NCBI GenBank assembly: GCA_037190965.1
Contig: JBBCKI010000018.1
Span: 14,283 to 78,282, forward strand
Source: Chthoniobacteraceae bacterium
GTDB taxonomy: Bacteria > Verrucomicrobiota > Verrucomicrobiia > Chthoniobacterales > Chthoniobacteraceae
Length of the DNA stretch: 64,000 nucleotides
Direction of reading: 5' to 3'
The translations under genes and the position numbers were made by a program. Shown here one piece after another: positions 56,166-64,000 of this stretch. Below the pieces are notes generated by a model. The model did not search any database and had not been told where the DNA came from. It saw nothing but the letters and a program-made list of their open reading frames with translations. Position 1 is the first letter of the stretch, and each line of letters starts with the position of its first letter.

Positions 56166-57293
56166 ATGCCCGAACCCACCCCACGCCTTGAAGAGATCGA
56201 CACCAACTTCAAAAACGCCGCTGTCGGCGACACGTCCCGCGAATGGATCGACGCATTTGATGGACGCCTGGCGCTGAGGGGGCTCGGCTGGCTTGAGGAA
56301 AATCGTGGGGCCAAGAGCTTCCGGCGTTTGCCCGACCGCGCCGCCGGAAAGATGAGCCAGGGGGTGCAGGCCCTCTCGTGGTGCCCCGCCAGCGCCTTCG
56401 TTTCTTTCATCACCGATTCACCCTCGGTGACGGTGCGCCTGCTCAACGACAACTGCACGACCATGCGTCATATGCCCTCCAGCGGTTCCGCCGGGGCGGA
56501 GCTCTTCCTGAGGGAAGGTAATCGGTGGCTTTCTCTGGCGATGGCGATTCCTGATCAAGGTTCGCCGGAGTTCGAGCGGGAACTGGTGAAAGAGCTTCCG
56601 AAGTCGATGCGGGAGTTCCGCCTTTATCTGCCGCTTTACATGCAGCTCCGCGCGCTCTCGATCGGGCTGGAGCGTGGGGCCGTCGTGAAGCCCGCTCCCG
56701 CCGAGGCCGGTACGAAGCCGCTCTTTATCTATGGCACTTCCATCACGCAGGGCGGTTGCGCGAGCACGGCTGGGAGCGACTTCGTTTCGATCCTCGGCCG
56801 CACGCTGGAAACCGAGGTGATCAACTTCGGTTTCTCCGGCAACGGGAAAGGGGAGCCCGAGGTGGCCGAACTCATCGCGGAGATCGACGCGGAAATGTTC
56901 GTGCTCGATTACGCCGCCAATTGCGAGCCGGAGCGGCTTGCCGGGACGCTCCCGGAGTTTGTCCGCATCCTGCGGGCTCGTCATCCCAAAACGCCCATCG
57001 TTCTTGTCGGGGTTCCCTGTTACAACAGTGTTCTTTGGTCCCGCGAGGCTTGGAAGACCCAGGGAGGAAGACGGGATGCGATGATCGATTTTTACATTCG
57101 CACCAAGCAGGCGGGAGACGACAACCTTCACTACATCGACGGCTTTGGTCTCCTCGGGCCCGGAGCTACGGGAGATTACTGCGATGGTGTGCACCCAACC
57201 AGCGCGGGGTTCGTGCAGATGGCGGAGCGGCTCGCTCCGCATTTGACAGCCATCAGGGTCTGGAGCCGTAACGAAGCGGCTCGCGGAGCGTAG
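56166..57293 (+). CDS. SGNH/GDSL hydrolase with N-terminal beta domain
   Basis: YGTSITQGGCAS, NFGFSGNG, DYAAN and DGVHPT. Confidence 0.9.
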   Translation: MPEPTPRLEEIDTNFKNAAVGDTSREWIDAFDGRLALRGLGWLEENRGAKSFRRLPDRAAGKMSQGVQALSWCPASAFVSFITDSPSVTVRLLNDNCTTMRHMPSSGSAGAELFLREGNRWLSLAMAIPDQGSPEFERELVKELPKSMREFRLYLPLYMQLRALSIGLERGAVVKPAPAEAGTKPLFIYGTSITQGGCASTAGSDFVSILGRTLETEVINFGFSGNGKGEPEVAELIAEIDAEMFVLDYAANCEPERLAGTLPEFVRILRARHPKTPIVLVGVPCYNSVLWSREAWKTQGGRRDAMIDFYIRTKQAGDDNLHYIDGFGLLGPGATGDYCDGVHPTSAGFVQMAERLAPHLTAIRVWSRNEAARGA

Positions 57294-57321
57294 GCGGGCT
57301 CCGGTTTGCCTTTTCCGGTAA

Positions 57322-57463
57322 GGTAGACCGCTCGTGGTGCGAGCGTGGGGTTTGGGTCGCGAGACTCCTGCCCCCGCATCCTAACAAGCACGCCGTCCGG
57401 CAGGGATGAGCGTCAAGTGCCCCTCCCGGTCAACTCCCGCGCTCGCGGCGGGAGAGGTCTACC
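57322..57463. repeat. Full-length family-1 REPIN/MITE (142 bp)
   Basis: Ends GGTAGACC...GGTCTACC, with internal similarity to 63865-64000. Confidence 0.78.
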
Positions 57464-57529
57464 GCGCTGCCGCGCCATGTCGCTAGATGGGTTGTAGGTT
57501 CTCCGAGTTTTTTTCTTGCGTCTACTTAG

Positions 57530-57539
57530 TGTTATAACA
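57530..57539. promoter_or_regulatory. Palindromic TGTTATAACA operator (GntR-like)
   Basis: Perfect 10-bp palindrome in an AT-rich patch just upstream of the nitrilase-like gene. Confidence 0.4.
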
Positions 57540-57566
57540 ATAAATTAAGCGCATTCAGAGACCAAG

Positions 57567-59330
57567 ATGCCCCCCATTGCCTTTTCTACTGATGGACCTA
57601 TGAGTGAATCCCTTTTGCCCGTCGCGGTGATCTCGCTGGATCGGGAGGAGAATGGAAATCGTGGTCTTCTTGAAACCTTGCTTCGCCGCGTTGTCGGTCG
57701 GGGCGCTCAACTTGTCGTAATTCCCTATGGTTTTCCGGCAATGGAAGGCGAATCTGCCCGTGGTTATTTCAGAGCCCTCGCCAGGGAGCATGGCGTTGTT
57801 CTTGTCGCGGGATTTGAGGAAGAGGGGAAGCGGTTGGCCATCGCTTTTTCGTCCGAGGGCGGGATCTGCGGTGAATATGCTCAGACGCATCGACTCCCGT
57901 ATGAAACTTTCGCGCCGGGGAATGAGATCAAGCCCATCGCCACGCCCCTCGGAAAGCTCGGGTTAAGCATCGGGAGCGATCTTTTCTTTCCCGAAGTGCA
58001 ATGGAGCCTCGTTCAGCAGGGGGCGGATATTCTCATTCATCTTTCAGGAGAGTCTCCGGTATATGACCATTTCTACTCCGTATTGAGCCCCCGGGTGCGG
58101 GCGCTGGATGTTCATCGCCCGTTTCTGCTGGCGAGGCCGAGTTCCAACGCGATCAAGCTTGTCCATAACGAAGAGATGGCGATTCCCGGGGTGCCGATGG
58201 CTGGTTCCGTCATCATTGATCAAAGCGGCGTTGTGCTTGCTTCGACCGGCTTTTCTCAAGGGGTGGCCATGAGCGATCTGCGTCTGGATCAACATTGCCG
58301 CAGCCTGGAGAGCGGCGCCAATGTTCCGATGACGCGCGGGAACGATATCTATAAGCTCTACTTCAACGATTCCCGGCAGCGATTTTTCTCCGGGCTACGC
58401 GAAGCCTATGCCCCGGCGCCCCGGCCAAACTATGCCAAGCGGAAGATTCGAATCGCCCTTCTGACTCATTTCTATTCGGTGCAGATCGGCAGCGGAGACA
58501 ATGTCTTGATGCCTTTGCTGGAAGAGGCGTGCGCGCACAAACCGGACATTGTGGTCACGACCGAGATGGAACAAGGGTGCAAGCCGGACGATCCCTTGAT
58601 TGCCGAATCCCTCAAAAGAATGGTGGCGATGACCGCGAAGGCGGGCGCCTATCTATTGGTGGGCGGCGTCCGCGTTCCGGATCAACCGGGAACCACCGAC
58701 GACGCGTCGCGCCCAAGCCATGGGTGGTTATGGGATCGCGAAGGACGCTTTGTCTTCGAATCCCGAATCATGCTTTTTGGCCGGGGATGCGGGCAGGAGG
58801 TCTTTGATACCGATTTCGGGCGCATCGGCATTCGACTTTGCGGCGATGTCTATGCTCCGGAGCTTTCCCGGCTCCTGGCGCTCAAGGGGGCGGATATTGT
58901 TTTCAACCCGAGCATGTCTTGGGGAGCCAGCGGACTGATCAATACAGAACTGAACCAGGTGCGCGCGATGGATAACGGTCATTTTGTGGCATCCGTCCAT
59001 GTTGCGTTTTCGGATTCCGGTCAGCGCAGTCACGTGATCGACCCGATGGGCGGGGTTGTGGCCGCTTCATCGTTCTACGACAATAGTGTTCTGATTGCTG
59101 ATATCGATCTCGATGCCAGGCGAGGTGTTTTTGTCCCGGAGGGGCGGCGGAATATCGAACCAGGCTGTTATCTGGAAGGCTTTCGCTCCGAGGTCTCGCA
59201 CACTTTGTTCCCGCAAAGCGAGTTGTTCAAACTGCGGCGGCCCGAGCTCTACGAAATGTTGGAGAGCGATCTTCCTGATCACCCCTTTACCGCACGGGAC
59301 CGGGGTGATGGGGGTGGTCCCTATCGATAG
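57567..59330 (+). CDS. Tandem carbon-nitrogen hydrolase (nitrilase superfamily) protein with degenerate catalytic residues
   Basis: Two CN-hydrolase folds (TPLGKLGLSIGSDLFFPE...GADILI; TDFGRIGIRLCGDVYAPE...GADIVFNPS, RAMDN, SHVIDPMG, RRPELY). Confidence 0.75.
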   Translation: MPPIAFSTDGPMSESLLPVAVISLDREENGNRGLLETLLRRVVGRGAQLVVIPYGFPAMEGESARGYFRALAREHGVVLVAGFEEEGKRLAIAFSSEGGICGEYAQTHRLPYETFAPGNEIKPIATPLGKLGLSIGSDLFFPEVQWSLVQQGADILIHLSGESPVYDHFYSVLSPRVRALDVHRPFLLARPSSNAIKLVHNEEMAIPGVPMAGSVIIDQSGVVLASTGFSQGVAMSDLRLDQHCRSLESGANVPMTRGNDIYKLYFNDSRQRFFSGLREAYAPAPRPNYAKRKIRIALLTHFYSVQIGSGDNVLMPLLEEACAHKPDIVVTTEMEQGCKPDDPLIAESLKRMVAMTAKAGAYLLVGGVRVPDQPGTTDDASRPSHGWLWDREGRFVFESRIMLFGRGCGQEVFDTDFGRIGIRLCGDVYAPELSRLLALKGADIVFNPSMSWGASGLINTELNQVRAMDNGHFVASVHVAFSDSGQRSHVIDPMGGVVAASSFYDNSVLIADIDLDARRGVFVPEGRRNIEPGCYLEGFRSEVSHTLFPQSELFKLRRPELYEMLESDLPDHPFTARDRGDGGGPYR

Positions 59331-59351
59331 TGTTCCAAACTTTTGCTGACT

Positions 59352-62300
59352 ATGAATCTATCTCATGCCGGTTGGGTTCGTTCCTTCCTTTCAACGATGG
59401 CTGCATTGCTCCTTTCCCATTGTGTGGCAGTCGGCAGTGAAGTAATCGATTTTTCCAAAAAAGGGGTAAATCTCTTTCAGTCTTCGTCCGGTTGGCAGGG
59501 GCAGAAGGGAACCGTCACCCTCAAGGAGGATGTGATTCACCTCGAAGCTCCGAATGCAGGAAGGTTTTCTTTCAAGGCACCGATTGGAGAGAGCGGGGAA
59601 TATTTATTCTCGGCAAAAGTAAAATCTGACGATCGCGTGGTCTTCGCGGCGCCCCGGTTCACGATGTCGTATCACGACCAAGGACATTGGGGGGAGGTTT
59701 GCGGGCTTGTTTCCGTCAGCAATCAGAAGGAACTGGAAGTCGCCCTGCATCTCAGGCCTTTGCAGGGAAGGGGCATGGCGAAGGTGGAGCTAAAGGAGGT
59801 TCGCCTTCAGAAAGTCGAGCGTCCGGGAAGAGTGTCGGATCGACATTTTCCCGGGGAGACCGTCCTGGCAAAGAATGGAAAGGCTCAAGGAGTTATCGTC
59901 TATCCGGCGGCGTTGGAGACGGAGAAACAATTGGCAGAGGCTGTCAAAGAAGGAATAAAGAAACGCTGCGGGGTCGCGCTGCCGGTGGTGGCCGATACGG
60001 AGATCACGGAGAAGGACGCCCCGATCGTCAAACCGGCATTTCGGGATGAAAATCTGATCTTGATCGGGCGGTTGGGAACGAATCGGGCGCTGGTGTCCGG
60101 CTACGCGCGTTTTCTTGATGCGGTGGATGGCTATTACCCCGGCGGCGATGGCTATGTGGTGCGGACGGCGGCCAATGTCTTCGGCAACGGGAAGAATCAT
60201 CTCGTCCTCGGCGGAAGCGAATCGGCAGGGGTTGCCAATGCCGTTCGTCAATTCTTAGGGCTGTTGGAGAAAGCGGAGATCAAGGAGAAGGGAACGCTGG
60301 CATTGCCCTGGTTGCTCGACGTCAAGCTCGGGGGGGAATGCCTGGAGAACTTCCGGGCCGACAATGCCCGATGGAGCGATGCCAATAATTCATCGTTGCC
60401 CGCCATGACTTCCGGATATGGCAAGGTTTCGCGCTGGTATCAGAACGCGATGGGATACTATTGGAGCGGTTGGCCGGAATGTCTGGAACGTTCGCGTGGT
60501 TATCTGAAGGAGGTGCTTGCAGACAAAGCGTATACGCACCACTACCTGTTGGAGTTTTTCGTTCGTTCCTATGACATGCTGGATGAAAGTCCGATTCTTA
60601 GCGAAGCGGATAAGGCGGCGATGAATGGGTTGATCGTAGAGAACTTCCTCGATTTTATGACCGGCCCGGATGCCTCCTGGATGACGGTGTTTTCTCCCCC
60701 TTATCAGGAAATTGGCCTCACCAACCGGCACCAGATCGCGCCTTGGTTTGCCGATCTCGTTGCCTCCACCTATTTGAAGAAAAACCTTCAGGCTTCGGGC
60801 GATTTGAAGAGATTGATTGATTTCAGGTTTTCGGAAAAGGACAAAGCGTTTCGGGATTTCGTCTCGAATCGGTCCGGTCCAACTCGCTACGAACTGGGAT
60901 ATTCATCGTATGAAGAAATAACGGCCACGTTTTTCCGGTATGCGATGGAGAACGATCTCTATCACGAATTTTTTGACAGCGGGCTTGCTCATCGCGCCTT
61001 GGGTCTTGAGCTTCTCAATCCCGTCAACGGCAGGTTGACGATGCCTGCGGGGATGAGGGATCTGGAGCCGTTGTTGGGCGCTGTTGCGACGATCCGAAAA
61101 GATGGGCGGTATCGCTGGATCCGCGAGAATACCCCTTTTCCCGTGCGGGAAGTCGGGGCATTTCAAGGGCGATTCGTGGCCGACGTGCATCGCTATGCTT
61201 CGGGAAGCGAGCTTCCTGCGGTGAAGCCCGATGCCTCGTGGTCAGGGATCGCGATTTCACCTGAGCCGACGCGTCGCGATGGGGAGTTGACGCCGCCGAC
61301 AAACGAGTTTCCCTTGGTTTCGATGCGGAGCGGCTTCGGCCCAAAGGATGACTATGTCGCGATTACCGGGATAAGGAATCAACAACCTTCCGGAACGCTG
61401 GCGGCAATGATCGTGCAGGGGAACCAGATCTTCGTAGCTACTCCTCCGGAAGGCGGCGGTGCCGCAAATCGGACCACCACCAATGGCGCGACGGTCGTTC
61501 GGTTGAGCGACTATGCTGCCGTGGCTTCCAAGGGTGAAGGCTGTTCCTTGAACTGGACTGCCGAGACCGCCGGGTGTTGGGCCTTTCAGACGGAGACCGC
61601 GATCAGCCCCGATGTTCGCTGGAGTCGAAATACGATCCGTTTGCGGCCGGGGCTCTTTGTATTCTGCGACCGGTTTACGGTGAGCAGGAGCGGGGAGTAT
61701 GCGTTTCGCGTGAATTGGCAGCCCGGCGAAGATATCAAGGAGGAGAATGGCGTCTGGCAGCTGCCTCGCCCGACGGGGACGGTCCAGATCAAGATGCTGG
61801 GGGAGGGGTTCGAGACACTACAAAGGGACGCCACTCTGACCTGGGCGTCCACGCGGAATCTGGAGGCGGGAAAGAGCGCGAACTCTGTTCATGTCTGGAC
61901 CGTCGTTCAGGCAAAAGCTGACAAGGATTCCACCGTCACCGCCTCATTGCAAACGGCGGATCAACTCAGGATCACTCCTCTGGGATCGCGCCCGATTCTC
62001 TTGCACGCGGGAGATTTTTCCCATGCCACCGGTATGGTTAAAGCCGATCTTACAATCTTGGATGAAAAGGGGGTTTCGATTCTGGGGCGGCGCGAGGGTG
62101 ATCCCGGATCGACGCAGTCTTGCCTCTATTTGCCCAAAGAGGGAAATGAGCTTGTCGTCGGGATCGGGCAGGCCTTGGAGAATTTTGCTTCCCGGGCTTC
62201 GGAGGCGAAGCCCGGCTCGGCGCCCGGGAATGCCGTTACTATTGAAGATCGGGCCCGGCAATGGAAGGCGGTTTGGAGTTATGATGGCTTGTTGAAGCCG

Positions 62301-63860
62301 TCGGAGGTTAAATTTCATGCCATCGAGGCAAACCTCGTCGATTTCAAACGTGAGGTTTTATTGGACGAGATGCGAAGCCTTCCGCGCAGCAAACGGGTGT
62401 GGGAGCCTACATTCCTGCCGGAGAAGGTAGCGGTAGCCATGGGATCGGCACCCCCATCCGAGGAGAACGGCTGGACGCCCTTGAGCGGAAAGAGGAAGAG
62501 CCGGCCGGGAACACGAACCGGGAATTATGGGGAGTCGCATCCAATGTCTCATGTGGACGAAAGTCTTTTCGTAGACGGCGTGAAAACGCGCTTCCTTAAA
62601 GCCGACGAGGCGGCGAAGGCGCGGTATTTCATCCGGGACGAACGCGTGGCTCGTCATCCGGTGCGGATCGAGGTTTTGCGGGACCTGCCGGGTTATCAGG
62701 AACCGTTGATCCTGGCGTCCAGCTATCTTTTTCCAGCCTTTCCCAGACCCGTTCGCGACGATGATTTCTCTCTGGCGTTGCTCAAGCCGGAAGGTGGGGC
62801 GTTGGTTGAGCTGGACATCGCGGGACCCGTGCAGGGAACATTGATTGCCGATCGTCAAGGCAAGGGAGTGCCTGAAATCATGGTATTGAAAGCCGATGCA
62901 CGCATTGAAACCTTCGACCTGACTGGCAAACCGGGGCCAGTGGCCGACCTCGCCGCGATGCAGGAGGAATTCGATAAAAAGCATGGCCGTCCCAATACCC
63001 GCCATCCCGCCGGAGGATTATTCATGCCCTTTTCTTTTGGGCTTTGGCGCGCAAACGCAGCCGGTGCAAAAAAGATGGTGGTTGCCCGTTATGGGAATCT
63101 CTCTTTTTTGGATGAAAATCTTCAGCTCGAGGGAGTGCTGAACGCAGGATATTACGCGCATTCCGGAATGCTGAAGCACGCTTATGATTTCAGCGGCTCC
63201 GGGCAGGAAGAGATGCTGTTGTTGAACCGCAGCTTGCTGGTTCAAATTGGAGGCGACTCAAAGCCCGGCTTGCGGCACAAGAAGCCCGCGGTCTTCTGGC
63301 CTGAGGTTTACGAGACGTTGGCTGAAAAAGCGGCGAAGGACTCGGAGTGCAGATTGCTCGCGGGAGCGCCGATTTACGTTTTCGAGGTCCTGGATCGATT
63401 TGCGGGGCGTCCGCGCTATGCCGCCGTGGTTCGAGGGAGTTATGCGGGACTCTATGATGCGGTGGAGAAGGAGTGGGTGTTCAGTTGGCAGCCGCCCGCG
63501 CCCATTGCAGCGGCCGCCCTTACGAGGGAAAGCGCCGACGGGGCAGAGATCCATATTTCAACAGTGGATGGCCTCTTTTGGAAATTGACCTGGGAGGCGG
63601 CAAAACCAGGAACGCCAACGATCGGGGTTCAATCGCTCGGCTGGGTCGCCAAAGAGCTTCGCGGAACGCCGTCCCGGGACGGACGTGCCGTCCTGTCAAC
63701 CGATCAAGGGTTGCTGCTTCTCGATCAAAATGGCCGATTGACCCGGATTGCAGAGGGGGCATTTCAGAGCGCTGATTTTCTCTCCGATGTCGGCTCGCGC
63801 CAAAAGATCATGGCGGCGGACCAGCAGGGACGGATCCACGCGTTGGAAGCTCAGCAATAG
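59352..63860 (+). CDS. Large secreted multidomain protein, polysaccharide lyase/heparinase II/III-like
   Basis: Signal peptide, CBM-like N-terminus, GH20/GH67 domain-2-like segment (NLILIG...YPGGDGYVVRT...LVLGGS..AG), helical region, W.RN.I......F...DR beta region and a C-terminal propeller-like part. Family call is by eye. Confidence 0.5.
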   Translation: MNLSHAGWVRSFLSTMAALLLSHCVAVGSEVIDFSKKGVNLFQSSSGWQGQKGTVTLKEDVIHLEAPNAGRFSFKAPIGESGEYLFSAKVKSDDRVVFAAPRFTMSYHDQGHWGEVCGLVSVSNQKELEVALHLRPLQGRGMAKVELKEVRLQKVERPGRVSDRHFPGETVLAKNGKAQGVIVYPAALETEKQLAEAVKEGIKKRCGVALPVVADTEITEKDAPIVKPAFRDENLILIGRLGTNRALVSGYARFLDAVDGYYPGGDGYVVRTAANVFGNGKNHLVLGGSESAGVANAVRQFLGLLEKAEIKEKGTLALPWLLDVKLGGECLENFRADNARWSDANNSSLPAMTSGYGKVSRWYQNAMGYYWSGWPECLERSRGYLKEVLADKAYTHHYLLEFFVRSYDMLDESPILSEADKAAMNGLIVENFLDFMTGPDASWMTVFSPPYQEIGLTNRHQIAPWFADLVASTYLKKNLQASGDLKRLIDFRFSEKDKAFRDFVSNRSGPTRYELGYSSYEEITATFFRYAMENDLYHEFFDSGLAHRALGLELLNPVNGRLTMPAGMRDLEPLLGAVATIRKDGRYRWIRENTPFPVREVGAFQGRFVADVHRYASGSELPAVKPDASWSGIAISPEPTRRDGELTPPTNEFPLVSMRSGFGPKDDYVAITGIRNQQPSGTLAAMIVQGNQIFVATPPEGGGAANRTTTNGATVVRLSDYAAVASKGEGCSLNWTAETAGCWAFQTETAISPDVRWSRNTIRLRPGLFVFCDRFTVSRSGEYAFRVNWQPGEDIKEENGVWQLPRPTGTVQIKMLGEGFETLQRDATLTWASTRNLEAGKSANSVHVWTVVQAKADKDSTVTASLQTADQLRITPLGSRPILLHAGDFSHATGMVKADLTILDEKGVSILGRREGDPGSTQSCLYLPKEGNELVVGIGQALENFASRASEAKPGSAPGNAVTIEDRARQWKAVWSYDGLLKPSEVKFHAIEANLVDFKREVLLDEMRSLPRSKRVWEPTFLPEKVAVAMGSAPPSEENGWTPLSGKRKSRPGTRTGNYGESHPMSHVDESLFVDGVKTRFLKADEAAKARYFIRDERVARHPVRIEVLRDLPGYQEPLILASSYLFPAFPRPVRDDDFSLALLKPEGGALVELDIAGPVQGTLIADRQGKGVPEIMVLKADARIETFDLTGKPGPVADLAAMQEEFDKKHGRPNTRHPAGGLFMPFSFGLWRANAAGAKKMVVARYGNLSFLDENLQLEGVLNAGYYAHSGMLKHAYDFSGSGQEEMLLLNRSLLVQIGGDSKPGLRHKKPAVFWPEVYETLAEKAAKDSECRLLAGAPIYVFEVLDRFAGRPRYAAVVRGSYAGLYDAVEKEWVFSWQPPAPIAAAALTRESADGAEIHISTVDGLFWKLTWEAAKPGTPTIGVQSLGWVAKELRGTPSRDGRAVLSTDQGLLLLDQNGRLTRIAEGAFQSADFLSDVGSRQKIMAADQQGRIHALEAQQ

Positions 63861-63864
63861 TACC

Positions 63865-64000
63865 GGTAGCCCGCTCGCGCCGTCGAGCGCGGGGTTTGGC
63901 TCCCGTGGCTTCATGCGGGCCGCATCCCGATACCAGCAGGCCGTCCCGTGGGGATGGGTGTCAAACGCAACTCGTAAACCGATCCCGCGCTCTCGGCGAG
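63865..64000. repeat. Family-1 REPIN/MITE, truncated by the window end
   Basis: GGTAGCCCGCTCGCGCCGTCGAGCGCGGG is the exact reverse complement of 41058-41086, and similarity continues to the end of the window. Confidence 0.8.

Overview
This is a GC-rich bacterial window, most consistent with Verrucomicrobiota (Chthoniobacterales/Spartobacteria-like). That placement is inferred from an Akkermansia Amuc_1102-1098-type pilus/secretin operon, PEP-CTERM proteins and H-X9-DG prepilin-like proteins. In order it holds: the end of a UDP-glucuronate-decarboxylase-like gene; the five-gene type IV pilus/secretin operon; coaE-rho-RNase D; YhcH/AraC/ferritin-like di-iron genes; a TPR protein; a PAS/GAF sensor with no output domain; an XRE gene with a structured non-coding neighbour; and a histidine kinase plus a REC-PAS-SpoIIE phosphatase. 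Next come a repeat-bracketed block (HhH protein, NmrA, large secreted glycosidase-like protein, katA, oxyR) and a glycan-utilisation-like locus (DUF4838, sialidase-like, prepilin-like, PEP-CTERM paralog pair, GntR). The rest is a 2035-aa FHA-FHA-coiled-coil-Hpt-REC protein, a cobalamin riboswitch ahead of a PEP-CTERM protein and a prepilin-like protein, ABC ATPases, dGTPase, an SGNH hydrolase, a degenerate tandem nitrilase and a 1502-aa secreted lyase-like protein. At least four families of REP/REPIN/MITE-like repeats are present. I saw no tRNA, rRNA, CRISPR array or transposase. The most interesting signal is the 'regulator + PEP-CTERM surface protein + H-X9-DG pilin' module, present twice (once under a B12 riboswitch, once in a glycan locus) with no TonB-dependent receptor, which suggests pilus/secretin-based nutrient capture. 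All family assignments come from motif recognition by eye, not from database searches.
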